From Zootoca vivipara (Eukaryota): DNA of 64,000 nt. Each line of letters opens with the position of its first letter. The first letter of the stretch is position 1. The notes beneath the pieces are model-generated. The model was not told the origin of the DNA, did not search any database, and saw only the letters and a program-made list of their open reading frames with translations. Below, piece after piece: positions 1 to 13,348 of this stretch. The stretch spans positions 42,594,001 to 42,658,000 of the forward strand of contig NC_083288.1 of NCBI RefSeq assembly GCF_963506605.1, written 5' to 3'. The translations under genes and the position numbers were made by a program.

Positions 1-304
1 TCCGTTCCAGATGGTCCGTGGGGTACTTAAACTGAAGCGTTCATAAACTGAAGCGAACTTTCCCATTGAAAGTAATGGAAAGTGGATTAATCCGTTCCAG
101 ATGGGTCCGTGGAGTACTTAAACTGAAGCGTTCATAAACTGAAGCATGAGTGTAATTGGTTCTGGAAGTCTGTTCATAAACTGAAGCGTTCATAAACTGA
201 AGCGAACTTTCCCATTGAAAGTAATGGGAAATGAAGTAATCCGTTCCAGATGGGTCCACGGTGTTCATAAACCGAAAATTCATAAACCGAGGTGTTCATA
301 AACC
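1..304. repeat. Partial Tc1/mariner-type MITE with internal tandem repeats (GTTCATAAACTGAAGC units), truncated by the window edge and an assembly gap
   Basis: Repeated gttcataaactgaagc and ccgttccagatgggtcc motifs; ends in aaccgaggtgttc, like other Tc1 MITE ends in the window. Confidence 0.55.
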
Positions 305-434
305 NNNNNNNNNNNNNNNNNNNNNNNNNNNNNNNNNNNNNNNNNNNNNNNNNNNNNNNNNNNNNNNNNNNNNNNNNNNNNNNNNNNNNNNNNNNNNNNN
401 NNNNNNNNNNNNNNNNNNNNNNNNNNNNNNNNNN
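305..434. other. Assembly gap (130 N)
   Basis: Run of N. Confidence 1.
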
Positions 435-1221
435 ATAACTAAAATTAAAATGAATGTGTGTCAATGTATGATAAATAATAAAATGTGAGAACAGAAAAAC
501 ACACACCACACAATAAAAATTTGGTTAGAAATCTGGAAAAAGAAAGCAGCACTACTAGCTTTAAGGAAGTAAGTAATGATCCATACCTCTCAAAATCACT
601 CTTTGGCCTCGGTCATATTTGATCCATAATTTGATAAAAAGAAAATGGTCACAGTCAGGAATTGACAAAGTTGTCTATTGAACTGATGACACCCAAGTAA
701 AGAGGGTTGACTGTATGAGGTGAAAAATTACAGATATAAGACCTGTGTAACCATGCTTTATTTATCTTAACCCTGATTGCACATTATGGGTGAAATTCAA
801 TTAACTTTTATTCTGAGTACCTATATTGATATTAATGAACATGGCCAAGTTAGGCTCATGGGTCTCCATAGGTAAACTGTGAGTCAACAAAAAACTAAAA
901 CAGCACCAATGTTTGGCTGTTAACTCTAATGTGAACTCATGATTTAGACTATATTTATAAACCAAGGTTTGCATGAACCTGGTTTAAGCATTGCATGTGA
1001 ATTGGTTGACACAATTTTATTGCCTTGGAAGGTGACAAGCAGATGGAGCATGCGTCACCCAATTCATGCCTTGTAGAAAGTTTTGTGTCTGTTTGAAATG
1101 AGATAATTATGCACACGCAGCGTTGGATTGGTTGGTTTGGGCATGAACTGACGTCGTGATGTGTAACACATGGCTTGCCTTAGATTCAGTGTTGCCCTTT
1201 CTCCGCAGGGAAGAGTTTAGG

Positions 1222-2178
1222 ATGGGGGATGAGAACTTTACTTCGATCAAATATTTTGTATTGGTGGGACTGTCAAATGACCGAAGGACACAGATTCTAC
1301 TCTTTGTGGTGGTCTTCATCATCTACTCCCTCACCGTTATGGGGAACCTGGTGATCATCATCCTTGTCCGACTTGACTCTTCCCTCCACACACCCATGTA
1401 TTTCTTCCTGACACACCTGTCAAGCCTGGAGATCTGCTTTGTCACCAGCACTTTGCCCCAGATGCTGGCTCACCTCCTGTCTGGAAACGGAGTCATTTCT
1501 TTCACCCACTGCACTCTCCAGATGTATATTTCATTGTCTCTAGGTGGTACCGAATGCCTTCTTCTCAGTGCCATGGCCTATGACCGCTACTTGGCTATCT
1601 GCCACCCTCTATTATATGGTAGCATCATGGGCTGGGGGCGCCAAGTACTGCTTACTTCACTCTGTTGGGCAGGTGGCTTCCTTCTAGGTTCTATAAACGC
1701 AGGTAGCACCATTCGCCTCCCCTTCTGCGGCCCCAACCACATCAACCACTTCTTTTGTGAGCTCCCGATAGTGCTGAAGCTTTCATGTGCTGACACGCAC
1801 ATCACGGAGGCTTTCATATTCGTGGCATCAGTACTATTGCTTATAATTCCTCTGACAATTATCCTTATATCCTACGGGCTTGTTCTCTCCTCAGTATTGC
1901 AAATGAGATCAACCACTGGACTGCGCAAGGCCTTCTCCACATGTGGCTCCCACCTGATTGTGGTCACCTTGTTCTATAGCACCGTCATCTCTATGTACAT
2001 GATTCCACGGTCGGGTTCAACTTCTGATCGTGACAAGAAAATTGCTGTCTTTTACATTGTGGTCACCCCGTTGCTCAACCCTATCATTTATACTCTGCGG
2101 AACAAGGATATCCATGGTGCAGCAGCCAAGGCGCTGAGAAGACTGGGCATTTTGCAAGAGCTGAGAGTTGCCTACTAG
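1222..2178 (+). CDS. Olfactory receptor (class II), OR-1, about 318 aa, intact
   Basis: Motifs LHTPMYFFL, MAYDRYLAIC, KAFSTCGSHL, PLLNPIIYTLRNKD; N-glycosylation site NFT after ATG 1222; acceptor ctttctccgcag ends at 1208. Confidence 0.95.
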   Translation: MGDENFTSIKYFVLVGLSNDRRTQILLFVVVFIIYSLTVMGNLVIIILVRLDSSLHTPMYFFLTHLSSLEICFVTSTLPQMLAHLLSGNGVISFTHCTLQMYISLSLGGTECLLLSAMAYDRYLAICHPLLYGSIMGWGRQVLLTSLCWAGGFLLGSINAGSTIRLPFCGPNHINHFFCELPIVLKLSCADTHITEAFIFVASVLLLIIPLTIILISYGLVLSSVLQMRSTTGLRKAFSTCGSHLIVVTLFYSTVISMYMIPRSGSTSDRDKKIAVFYIVVTPLLNPIIYTLRNKDIHGAAAKALRRLGILQELRVAY

Positions 2179-4144
2179 TATGAATAATGTGCAAATGTTC
2201 CTCAAACATTATATGTGTTGTAGCTGAAAATGCTGGCGGCATTAAGATAAATTCAACAGTGTGTACACAAGTTTTGATGGATGCAATAATGGAATGTTGA
2301 ATGGTATCGTTTTTGTAAAATATGCAGGGATTTATGATATGTAAAATGAGCCATGGAAAGAGAAGAAGGGAAGTCATTGGTGTAAGGATGTAAAATGAAG
2401 TATTTCAAATTGTAAAACAGAAAGATTAATAAAATTGTATACAAAAACCCCAACATTTCGCGCGATGTTGTTGTTGGTTTGAATTGTCTTTTTTCCAATG
2501 TCCTTTTTAAAATTATTTTTCCAAATTATTACAAATCAAGCAAAATTAAATTATTTAAATAAAATTTCTTAAAATCCTGTTCCAAACAGGATTTTAATCA
2601 GGATTACCAAACAGGATTACTATCATCTCTTCACATAGCCACATCATTTCTTATTTAGAGTCCAGTTGACATCCCTCACTTGCTGTTAAACCATTCTTCC
2701 ACCTGGCTGCTTTTTTCACCTTATAGACAGCACCTCCGTTACATGTTATAAATAATGAATCCATTTCAAGGTGTGTAGTCCTTCATATACATTATTGTCC
2801 TGGGCCTGGTGTGCTGGGAGAGTTAATTGCTATCTTCCATTGCTCAGTTCTTTGCAGTCTTTATCTGGATGGTACAAGATCACATGCCATTCCTCCCGCT
2901 GTTTATAAACTAGCGTATGAGCTGCAGCTGTAAATAACTGACAGAGTGAATATCCAGACTCCACCATGAAAATTCCACTCTGGAGTTCTTCCTCAGCACA
3001 CAGGTAAAAACATGATCTTTTATCAAATTCAGCCTCTTTGCCAGATCTGTTCGGCAGCAGTTCATACTTTTTAAACAGTATTTCTCCAACAGCACTCCTA
3101 GCCCAGCCCAGGAATAATTTTAAATAAAGTCCATTCAGCCTCAGTCAAAGGGGGAGGGCATAGTAAAACCTTGCTAAATTCATTGTTGAGCATAAATCAA
3201 AAGCCTTCCCCCTCTTCTCCGAAGTAAGAAACAGAATAACAGGAGAGGACAGGAAAAAAGGAGGCCGTTTGAAAATCATAAGAAAGCACAAAGCACCTTG
3301 TCCTCCCCCTTCCTTTCCCGTCTGTTGTAAGGATTCTCAGGCTTCAAGGAAAACATTCAGATACCTTCAAGGAGCCAAGCCCAGTCCTTTCGGCAGCTGA
3401 CTGATTGCAGCCCATTAGTATATGTTGGTTCAGGAGCGCCTCTTGATTAATGCCAATTGTGCAAATTATGGAGCAACCAACTACAAATCATGCCGGAGAC
3501 AGAAGCTCGTCCATGGGAGGGACACACTCCCAAGTCACACCCGCTCTGCCTTTCAAGTTGGCAGACACATGCTTGAGCGACACGGTGGGATGCAGTGAGC
3601 TCCCCAGACCCCCACTCAGGCACCTGCAGGCCTACTTCACCAGCTCACAGGCTAATTTCCCAAGGCCACATCCTTCACTGGCCCTACTCTGACCCTCCTA
3701 TAATTCCTTTTCAAGGCTGGAATGCACCCTTAAAGTGTGATGCAACATCCTCATTGCCTTATATTGCTGTACACAACTCTGATATTTTGCAAGAATGCTG
3801 CAAATTAGTCTTTTAAAATCAACAGATAATATGGAGTCCTGATATAGGGTTGTTTTCAAACCACATTTGCAGTTCTATACCCACTTTGTTCACCTCTTAT
3901 GGTGGGCGTAGTATCATTTTCTACATTACCAATGTTTTGGGTATGAATGCCAATAATTATTTATGCAAAATGTTGCCTCCCATGAACATGAGGGAGCTAC
4001 CGTATTGACCAGCTTGTAGAAAATCCAGCTCTTGCAGGAACCTACATCTTTTTTGTGTGGAAGGGAAACTAAGGGGGGGGGACATAAACCCTAAAAGAAC
4101 CTGACATGGAGAGAGCATGCTCAGTTTTCACAGACTACTGAGTA

Positions 4145-4412
4145 CAGTGGTACCTCGACTTACGAACGACTCAACAACCAAATTTTTCGACTTACGAATG
4201 GGGGTAATGGCCGCACGCTTACAAACGTCTCGACATCTGGAAAAAAAACCGTGGCGGTTTTAGATAGGGATTTTCCGACTTACGAATTTTTCAGTTTCCA
4301 ATGCATTCCTATGGGAAATCGCGTTTCCAATGGCGTTTTTTGACTTAACGACTTTTTCGACTTACGAAGGTGTCTTCGGAACAGATTAATTTCGTAAGTC
4401 GAGGCACCACTG
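4145..4412. mobile_element. Tc1/mariner (Tigger-like) MITE
   Basis: TIRs CAGTGGTACCTCGACTTACGAA / TTCGTAAGTCGAGGCACCACTG; same family as 62794-63066; absent from the paralogous block at about 17.36 kb. Confidence 0.85.
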
Positions 4413-4544
4413 CATTTGTTGGTGACAGGAGAGAAAAGAATTAGGTGGAATGGAGTATTCTAGTAGAGCACATGGGATAACTACCTTAGGTTACTAGACT
4501 ACTCCATTCCATTCATTTCTTGGGAAATCTTTCCCTTGTGTAAC

Positions 4545-4840
4545 GTTAATCACCATGTCAAAAGTTTCAGGCCCAAGTGGCTGAAGGTAAAGGTAAAGAA
4601 TTGTTAATGAGCTGAGGGGCCAGAGAGACAAAAGGAGTTGGAGCAGATCCAGTGTGGGAGATTCACAGTCTTTATTAACTTAATGAATCGCCATGCCTTT
4701 GAAAAATGGCAGGGAGAAATCACTCACCACTGCTGTCTCTGTTTTAAACCTGAGAAGAGTTAGGTAGTGGAATAAGCTAGGCTGTGATTAACCCTCATTT
4801 TGGAAGACTTTCAAAACTTCTTGGGGCAGCACCCAATAAA
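4545..4840 (+). promoter_or_regulatory. Candidate OR promoter block upstream of OR-2 (TAATGA homeodomain sites, O/E-like sites)
   Basis: Non-coding block conserved with 17745-18025; contains TTAATGAGC and GGGAGATTCACAGTCTTTATTAACTTAATGAAT. Confidence 0.5.
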
Positions 4841-5742
4841 AGCACTGACCATATTTATATTCTTCCCCCCCCCCCCATAACTGATTAAGCTCTCTCAACC
4901 TCCTGCCTCGGGAGAAGCTGGATTTTTGCAGGGCTGGACGACTGATTGACTAGGTCCTTGAGCTGGAGAGTAAGCCACCTCATGTTCCCCACATTTCTCC
5001 ACTTCCCCAAGGCAACGTGAATGCCCAAGGGAGAGACGGGGGAAATCTTTATCTCTAAAGTGCCAAATGAACCTTTAGTCAGATAACCAGAACAAGCACT
5101 TGTGTGCATAGAGTATTGGAAGCATATCAAAGAAGAGACGCAAGCAGCTGCCGTCCCAGAATCCATGTTTCTGTAAAAGAGAAAAGGCAGGGAGAGGCAG
5201 ATCTTACTCCAAAGCAAGAGTCCTTTCACTGACTCTCCTTTCTTTGTTCGTCTGCATGCAGCTTTCCTATGAAGTCATCAGTATTGCAGTGAACATCCTC
5301 GCCATTTCTTTGCAGCCCTCAATAGAAAACTATTCAGCTTTCATATGCCTTAAGAAAACACTGCTGCAAGAGAAATCTCTTAACAGCTGCTGGTGAACCC
5401 TGTGCGGCATTCAAAGGTCAGATTACATTGAGTAATTTGTAAGTCAGTTGGTGGTCAGGTGGGGGTGGGGAGGAAACCCCTAACATTTGTGGCCACTATC
5501 CATTCTTGAAAAGTTACTCTGCTGTATGCAGAGAATGTAGTTTTGGGTCTATAGTTTCTTCTTTAAAGGGGCTCCTCTTTCTTTTTTAAATTTCTCAAAG
5601 GCATCATTCTGAAATTCATTTATGCTGTGTTTGGGAGAATAGCAGTCATGATGATTTTAGTTAGGGGGAGGGGAGAACCAACATGATTGGTCAGTTAGTT
5701 GAGTATTTCTGTTGCTTTGTTCTTCCTCCCCCTTGGTTAGTC

Positions 5743-5743
<1 letters not shown>

Positions 5744-5796
<53 letters not shown>

Positions 5797-6150
5797 TATT
5801 TATACCCCACCCATCTGGCTGGGTTTCCCCAGCCACTCTGGGTGGCTTCCAACAGAAATATTAAAATACACAAATTTCTTAAAGATTAAAAGCTTCCCTA
5901 AACAGGGCTGCCTTCAGATGTCCTCTAAAAGTCTGGTAGTTGTTTTTCTTTTTGACATCTGGTGGGAGGGCGTTCCACAGGGCGGGTGCCACTACCGAGA
6001 AGGCCCTCGGCCTGGTTCCTTGTAGCTTTGCTTCTCGCAGTGAGGGAACCGCCAAAAGGCCCTCGGCACTGGACCTCAGTGTCCGGGCAGAGCGATGGAG
6101 ATGGAGACGCTCCTTCAGGTATACTGGACCGAGGCCGTTTAGGGCTTTAA
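5744..6150 (-). mobile_element. L2-type LINE 3' fragment with (TTA)n tail
   Basis: ORF2 C-terminus FKALNGLGPVYL...[15 protein letters not shown]; several copies in the window. Confidence 0.8.
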
Positions 6151-6544
6151 ATGTTAATGTTGTCCTTGTATAACTTATCTGAGAGGAGGATGGGGACAAA
6201 ACTAGAATCAGTTGGTCTCCTATTCCTGGTTCTCCTGCCTTCCACCTTATTAGTCCAATTAGTCCAAATGACCACTACTATGAATGAGGAACCATTTTCT
6301 TTCCACTCATACCCTTCCACATAGTCCAAATAGACCCTCAAAGCAAATAAAACTCTCATGTGTTCCTTTATCATCTCATCTGCATAGCTCTTTTTGTAAA
6401 AATATAAAATAAATAAGTCCCAGGGCAGTTCTTGCAACCATGTACCACAAAAAATAATGAATGCACAGAACTAAAGTCAATGTATCAGCGGGGTGTTAAT
6501 GTCACTAAACAAGATGGTGCCCCAGCACTATGATTCCTCGAACA

Positions 6545-6680
6545 CAGGCACCCCCAAACTCAGCCCTCCAGATGTTTTGGGACTACAACTCCCACCATCC
6601 CTAGCTAACAGGACCGGTGGTCAGGGATGATGGGAACTGTAATCCCAAAACATCTGGAGGGCCGAGTTTGGGGATGCCTG
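6545..6680. mobile_element. Palindromic ~135 bp hAT MITE
   Basis: CAGGCACCCCCAAACT...AGTTTGGGGATGCCTG; near-perfect 8-bp TSD ctcgaaca/ctctaaca. Confidence 0.85.
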
Positions 6681-7072
6681 CTCTAACATAAATAAGTAAA
6701 TAAAACCATGAACATCAAGAAATATATACTTTTATATAAATTTATACAGCATTTATTGTAAGAAAACCCAAAGCGGTTTACCAAAAAATAAAACAATAAA
6801 ATTATCTATACTTCAATAGATTGTTAAATAAAGAATAAACAAGCAAGCTGTTCTCACCATCACAATGACGCAAAGACATGCAATAGTGAAAGGAAAGTTT
6901 AGTTATTGGGAAACTAAAGACACTTGCTGGGATTTTTTAAAAAATAAAATTGAGCTTCATGGTTGGTTCATGGTTTGACCCCAGTCTTGTAGGGCCCCAA
7001 ACAAGGCTATACTTATGGTTCTCGGAGAATTTCACTGGTCTCCCCCTGTTGTCCTTTCTCTGCAGGAAGGAG

Positions 7073-8023
7073 ATGAGGATGGGGGAAGAAAACGTCACTT
7101 CTGTGAAAGAGTTTATATTGGTGGGATTCTCCAGTGATCGAAGGACACAGATTCTCCTCTTTGTGGTAGTCCTCATCATATACTCCCTGACCATTGTGGG
7201 GAACCTGGTGATCATCATTCTTGTGTGGGTTGAGACTTCACTTCACATACCAATGTACTTCTTCTTGAGCAACTTAGCAGGCCTAGAGATCTGCTATGTC
7301 ACCACCACCTTGCCCCAAACGATGGCAAGCCTCGTGTCCGGCAATGGAGCCATCTCCTTCACCCGTTGTATGGCACAGATGTACATCACATTGTCCCTTG
7401 GATCCTGTGAATGCCTTCTTCTAGGTGTAATGGCCTATGATCGCTACCTAGCTATCTGTCACCCTCTAATATATACTAGTGTTATGGGCTGGTGGCGACA
7501 ATTTCTGCTTGCCTCAGTCACTTGGGTTGGTGGCTTCCTCCTTGGTTCTCTAATGGTTGGCAGTGCCACTTCTCTCTACTTCTGTGGCCCAAACCGTATT
7601 GACCACTTCATCTGTGAGATGGCAATGATGATTAAACTTTCATGCACTGACACATACATTACAGAGGCCGCCATCTTTTTGGCAGCTTCACTCGGGGTCA
7701 TAATTCCTCTTTCGATTATCATGACCTCCTATGGGTTTGTTATCTCCTCAGTATTGAAAATGAGGTCAACTGCTGGATGGCGCAAGGCCTTCTCCACGTG
7801 TGGCTCCCATCTGATTGTGGTCACCTTGTTCTATGGCACCGTCATCTCTATGTACATGATTCCACGGTCGGGTTCAACTTCCGATCGTGACAAGAAAATT
7901 GCCATTTTCTACCTTATGGTCACCCCTCTGCTCAACCCTATAATTTATACTCTTCGGAACAAGGATATCCATGATGCAATAGCCAAGGTGTTGCAAAGAC
8001 TGGACATTAAGGAAAAGAGTTGA
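7073..8023 (+). CDS. Olfactory receptor (class II), OR-2, about 316 aa, intact
   Basis: LHIPMYFFL, MAYDRY, KAFSTCGSHL, PLLNPIIYTLRNKD; acceptor tttctctgcag ends at 7065; ATGs at 7073 and 7079. Confidence 0.95.
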   Translation: MRMGEENVTSVKEFILVGFSSDRRTQILLFVVVLIIYSLTIVGNLVIIILVWVETSLHIPMYFFLSNLAGLEICYVTTTLPQTMASLVSGNGAISFTRCMAQMYITLSLGSCECLLLGVMAYDRYLAICHPLIYTSVMGWWRQFLLASVTWVGGFLLGSLMVGSATSLYFCGPNRIDHFICEMAMMIKLSCTDTYITEAAIFLAASLGVIIPLSIIMTSYGFVISSVLKMRSTAGWRKAFSTCGSHLIVVTLFYGTVISMYMIPRSGSTSDRDKKIAIFYLMVTPLLNPIIYTLRNKDIHDAIAKVLQRLDIKEKS

Positions 8024-8244
8024 TCATTGCGCTACTAGAATGAATAATATGGAAATGTTGCTTGAGCGTCAGGTTTTGACGCAGGAGATACGTATCTCCT
8101 GGGACATGGAACTGTCTCTTTGTTAATGACCAGGAGTTGTTTCTGGAGCAGGAGCTTCTAAGAAAGCTGTAGAACAAGTTCATGTCATTGATTTATTTAT
8201 TTTATGCCCAATCTTTCCTCCAAAGAAGTCAAGGCAGCATAGAT

Positions 8245-8380
8245 CAGGCATCCCCAAACTGCGGCCCTCCAGATGTTTTGGCCTACAGCTCCCATGATCC
8301 CTAGCTAACAAGACCAGTGGTCGGGGAAGATGGGAATTGTAGTCCAAAACATCTGGAGGGCCGAAGTTTGGGGATGCCTA
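8245..8380. mobile_element. Palindromic ~135 bp hAT MITE
   Basis: TIRs plus perfect TSD gcatagat. Confidence 0.9.
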
Positions 8381-9866
8381 GCATAGATGGTTCTTTCATT
8401 CCTATTCAGAACAACTCAGTGTCCTCTGCAGAGCACCATATTGTCTTCCCATGCCCTAAAGGACCAACCCAAGAAAACTCTAGACAGCAGGGAACTCTTA
8501 GGCCAGGAAAAATCAAGGGGAACCGAACAGCTTCTGTCGTCAGTGCCAGCTCCTCGACTTGCTAGTCCTTTCACGGGTCATGGTTCACAGCCAAATCTTT
8601 ATAACTTCTCCCTTTTCTGGAGCCAACACTGCTGCTGAGGAGATCTGAGCACCAAAGCCTCCTGGAAGGGAGACAGGCATGCTGGGAATTCCCACCAACT
8701 CCTCCTTCTGACTTCAGTATTTTTCTTCCCCCCCTCCTACGAAAGCAATTTTCTCTTTATTGGAACAGCAAAGCCAAGGTACAGTAGCCAAGATAGAGGG
8801 CTGTTTTCAGATTTCATTTGCAATGCTATACCCGCTCAGGGCTTATCCACACTTCTGCATGCCCCGGGCCTACAAAGCACAGGGTTGGAGAGGTATTAAG
8901 GCTTGTTTTAATATCTTGTTTGCAGTACTGCATTGCTGATGGAACCAACCTCTCTTGGTTCCTGATGGAGCTATTCTGGGAGCTGGGCCTTGGACCCAGT
9001 GGATTGTGTACATTCTCTGGAACTTTGGAAATTGACTTCCCAGTATGTGCCATCACTTCTGCTGTAGTGGGTTTAGGGCACTAGGCAATCTTACCAGCAG
9101 CACCTGCAGAAATTCAAGGATTTTAGGGCCAAGCTACATCTTCCCTTCACAGTGGTGGTTAACAATTGAATTTAGGTGTGTATCTCAAGGGAGAGATGAG
9201 GTGTAGATATTGCTCCCTTTTGGTACCAACTCAGTCTTCTCGTAAAAAAACAACAACCTCACGCTTGTATTCCCAGGTAATTAAATATATTTGCTTCAAC
9301 TCTACAATTGAATACACTTGATTATATTGCGTTATTTTTGTATTCCCTTGTCAGGTGATATATTCTATATGTGACTGATTAACCTTATTTTTTCTCTTCT
9401 GTAACCCTGAACTATATTTGCTTAAGTAAAGAAATACATTGGCTAAAAACAAGAGACTGAGACTCTTCGCTGGAACCTAAATATTACGTGTGCTGATATG
9501 GAGGGGGACCATAGACACACACACCCTCAACATGGTACATGATTCTGGCATAATCTAAGGTGCTACGTCAACCATTGAACCAAAGGTTTTGATACATAAA
9601 AGGTCCTCTTAAAGTTTTACCTGGAAAAGGCCAATATTAGTCACAGATGCCATGCCAGATAGGACATTGTGGATGGAGCTTAAGAAAATAGTTTGACCCT
9701 CCCAAAGGGAGAATTTCAACTATAAGTGCTTGCATAGGAAGGCAATTTATGGAGAACAGAAATGGCTCAGAATATTAATAAAAGATTTGGTTTTGGAGAG
9801 AGGCACTGGCAATGGTGCTGACAGAAGGAGAACATCATATTTCTGAAGTCATCTAGGGAGATTGAG

Positions 9867-10230
9867 GGATGCTGGTGGTGCTGTGGTATAAACCACTGAG
9901 CCTTTTGGGCTTGCCGATCAGAAGGTCAGCAGTTCGAATCTCCGCGATGGGGTGAGCTCCCGTTGCTCAGTCCCAGCTGCTGCCAACCTAGCAGTTCAAA
10001 AGCATGTCAAAGTGCAAGTAGATAAATAGGTATAGCAGCGGCGGGAAGGTAAGCGATGTTTCCATGCGCTGCTCTGGTTTCACCAGAGTCATGCTGGCCA
10101 CATGACCTGGAAAAACTGTCTGTGGACAAACGCTGGCTCCCTTGGCCTGTAAAGCGAGATGAGCGCTGCAACCCCAGAGTCGTTCGCGATTGGACTTAAC
10201 TTTCAGGGGTGCCTTTACCTTTACCTTTAG
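9867..10230 (+). mobile_element. Sauria SINE
   Basis: tRNA-like head (GGTGCTGTGG...AGTTCGAATC), core GGGGTGAGCTCCCGTTGCTC, (ACCTTT)n tail. Confidence 0.85.
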
Positions 10231-10944
10231 GGGGAATTGGGTTGCAGGAGCATGCTTACACAGTGGCAGAATCTACCTTCACAGATGCTTTAGGAGGAAA
10301 TCTGGACCCTCCTCAATTAGAATTGGGTGGATGCGAAGGCAGATCAGGTACTCATGCCATCCCTGCCTGGCACAAATGCTTGCAAGGCCAACAGGGAGAT
10401 GGAGCTGGCAGCAGCAACTCATAATGGAACATGCTCCCGCAATGGTTTTAAAGGAGGATTGGACAGATTCATAGAGGATAAGGCTATCAATATCTGTATT
10501 ACATCTCCATTGTCAGGGTCACTGTTCCTCTGGATACCAGTTGCTTGGGAATTGCAAGTGGGCACAGCATAATTGATAAATCTGGATTGGACCTGGTCTG
10601 GTGTGCACACATTCCACTTCACCCCAGAGCCAATCCGGATTGCAACCTGCAAACTAAAAATCTCTGAAAATGTCCCCTTTCTGAAATTCTGGAGAGCAGC
10701 ATAGGCGACATTGAGCTTGTTGGACCAATGACTCAATATAAGGCAACTTCCCAAGAGCATACCATGTGCCCTAAATGCTAAGGAAAACATGAAACCCACA
10801 GAGACAAATTCAAATATACTCAGTTTGCATACATTCAAATAACAGAATGTGAAATGTGTTTATTTGTTTTTATTACAATGCATACAATTCTGATTCAAAG
10901 CCAGCATAGAATTATTCTTCCATATCTGTGAAATGTTAAGAACA

Positions 10945-11165
10945 TGAAACCCCATGAGGTTCAGGAAATAAACACCTATTAATGGCTGGAGAGAAAGGCA
11001 CCAAGGGAGTCCCTGTGGAGTAGATGCACTGTCTTCATTATCATAATGAATAGCAAGCAAGGGGAAAAGAATGCAATAAGCCACAGGGAGAATACAAATA
11101 CTGGTGTGCTGTCCAGTTTCCAATGTTGGGAATAGGCAGTTGAGCAAGCCAGGTTGTGTTGAACC
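10945..11165 (+). promoter_or_regulatory. Candidate OR promoter block upstream of OR-3 (O/E site plus TCATTA/TAATGA)
   Basis: TCCCTGTGGAG followed by TCTTCATTATCATAATGAAT; homologous to 25590-25740. Confidence 0.5.
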
Positions 11166-11782
11166 ACACCTTAGCAGGCATTAAGACCAGGTTCGAGGAT
11201 CATCAAGCATCTGGCCAGGTACTTGAAGAAGCATATCAGAAATAGAGCAAGACTTTTTCTGTGGCATATCTGTGGTCCGTCTCCAGTTAAAGGATCCCAG
11301 TTCACAGGATAGAGAAGGACAACTACCTGATGACCTGCGGACATACATATAACTTTTTCTTTAAGATGGGAGGCAGGGAAAACATGCATTTTCCTGGCTG
11401 AGATGAATCTAGATGTTCACAGCACTGATTGTTTGGCCCTTGTGTCAGTCCTAGACCAACCTGCCCCACTCGCTCAGAGCAGGGAGGCACAGCCCTGATT
11501 GGCTGGGCCATGTGTTGACCCATTTTCCCCACAACCAATTTGATTTAGGAAAGGTTAGCAAAAGCAAACTGCAAGTAAACTACAAGGCATTAGACTACTG
11601 AGTGCCCTGCAACAGGCAGTCTTTCCAAGGAGCACAGAGCTGCCCTCCCTCTCCTTAAGGAGAGACACAGCAGGTTCCTCCTTGAGATCACTGACAATTT
11701 TTTTTTATTGTTCAACGTCTCACGTTAAGACAGCTGACTGGAGCCCCCTCAGCTATCATCTATAGTTGCAGATACCAGTGAC

Positions 11783-11832
11783 ATGGATAACTATTTGAGG
11801 ATTGCTGAAAAACAACAAAGAGAAGAGCAATG
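11783..11832 (+). CDS. Putative upstream coding exon of OR-3 (MDNYLRIAEKQQREEQ+TG)
   Basis: ATG at 11783, 50 nt open, ends at donor TG|GTAAGA in phase 2, matching the phase-2 acceptor at 13630. Confidence 0.5.
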
Positions 11833-11865
11833 GTAAGATCATGTTCTTCGATTTGGAAATGGGAT

Positions 11866-11870
<5 letters not shown>

Positions 11871-11921
<51 letters not shown>
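11871..11921. repeat. (GT)n microsatellite
   Basis: Direct observation. Confidence 0.95.
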
Positions 11922-11925
<4 letters not shown>

Positions 11926-12479
11926 TAGCCTATTTTCTTGTTTTAATGGATATTTGAAGATGGACTACATACATACAATGGTGGTCTCTCCCTTAAAACA
12001 TCTATTTTATCCCAGGAAACTATGATCTCCAGGGGTGCCAAGTGGAATAAAATATTGGAGAGGGGAGGTAGTTCTTCACATGGCATGGTGTATACACACT
12101 ACTTGAATGGTAATGCCCATCAACAGGGCAGGCATAGGCCCTCCAGATGGTTTGTGACCACAACTCCCATGATCCCTAGCTAACAGGACCAGTGGTCAGG
12201 GGTGATGGGAGTTGTAGTCCCAAAACATCTGGAGGGCTGAGTTTGCTTTTCCCAGTCCCCTCAAATATTTTATTGGGGGAGCCGAAGGAGCCTCGGCCCC
12301 TAGGAGTTGGCTCCTATGATTCCTTTATTTTATGAATTTATATACTGCCCTATACCTGGAGGTCTCAGGGCAGTTCACAGGACAAAATCAAAATATAAAA
12401 CCACAAAATATAAAACCACAAAAAACTCTGAAGTGAAACCATGGTTTGAACTATATTTGCCAGCAGGCGCAGCCTTTGT

Positions 12480-13291
12480 TATTGGTTGTCCTTATGGCAT
12501 AGGCTCCAGAATCTGTACCTGATTCAATGTCTTTGGAGGGATGATTTTCCCAGCCCATGGGCAAGAGAGATCCATTCTAAAGTAGTGATCTATGGATTGT
12601 CCCCATCAGAACTATTAAAACTGGACCTAGCCACGGCTAAAAGAACCCTCATTCAAAAACTTGAGGAGATTGACCTCCAACAAAACACCATTCTGGGTAG
12701 TGGAACTTGCTCACCACTAAATCTTGGCATAGTGCCTTCCCAGCAGATACCATCTTATTTGACTTCCTTGTCTGTAGATACGCCTTTATTAAGGCAAGAT
12801 TTAATGCCTTTCCTTCTAATGTTATGAACAATAGATTTTCCAAAGGTCAGATTTCAGCTGTGTGTGTATGTGATAATAGATCTATTGAATCCTTACAACA
12901 TATACTATTTTGCTGTCCACTGTATTCAGTTTCTCGGACCAGATTTTTGTCCCCTTTATTATTGGAAACCTCGGGTGACTCCTTGGAAACACAGTTAACA
13001 CATTTACTGCAAGATTCTGATCCGAGTAGGTCCCTTTTTGTTGCCAGGTTTCTGATTACAGTCTTAGCTTATAAGAGAAAAAATGGATTACTTTATGATT
13101 ATTGATTTTGCTTAAATAATACTGATTTATAGTGATAATCTGATATTTTAAGTGCTGTATTGCTCTTATTTTAATGGAATTTAGAAATTTATGATTTTAG
13201 ATATGTATTTTAATTTTTTAATTTTATTTTGTCATATTTGCTTTGTTGTTCAATGTATATTGGTATTGAATATGGGCCTATGGCCGTAATA

Positions 13292-13340
<49 letters not shown>

Positions 13341-13348
13341 CTATCTAT
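12480..13348 (+). mobile_element. Non-LTR retrotransposon 3' fragment with CCHC knuckle and (TCTA)n tail
   Basis: ORF 12707-13105 contains ARF...CVC-x8-LQH-x4-CPLY; AT-rich 3' UTR and simple-repeat tail; clade not determined. Confidence 0.65.

Noticed and set aside
1-304. CRISPR-like direct repeats
   Set aside because: Eukaryotic DNA; the repeats are MITE-internal and lack unique spacers.
529-574. Upstream coding exon for OR-1 ending at GTAAGT (569)
   Set aside because: The donor is plausible, but there is no in-frame ATG after the stop at 486-488; at most a non-coding exon.
3323-3747. Possible solo LTR (TGTTG...CAACA)
   Set aside because: No matching TSD and no second copy; cannot be supported.
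5683-5889. Poly-Ile and similar low-complexity ORFs
   Set aside because: Translations of (AAT)n LINE tails.
9867-9950. tRNA gene (A/B box-like motifs; also near 30120)
   Set aside because: These are heads of Sauria SINEs.
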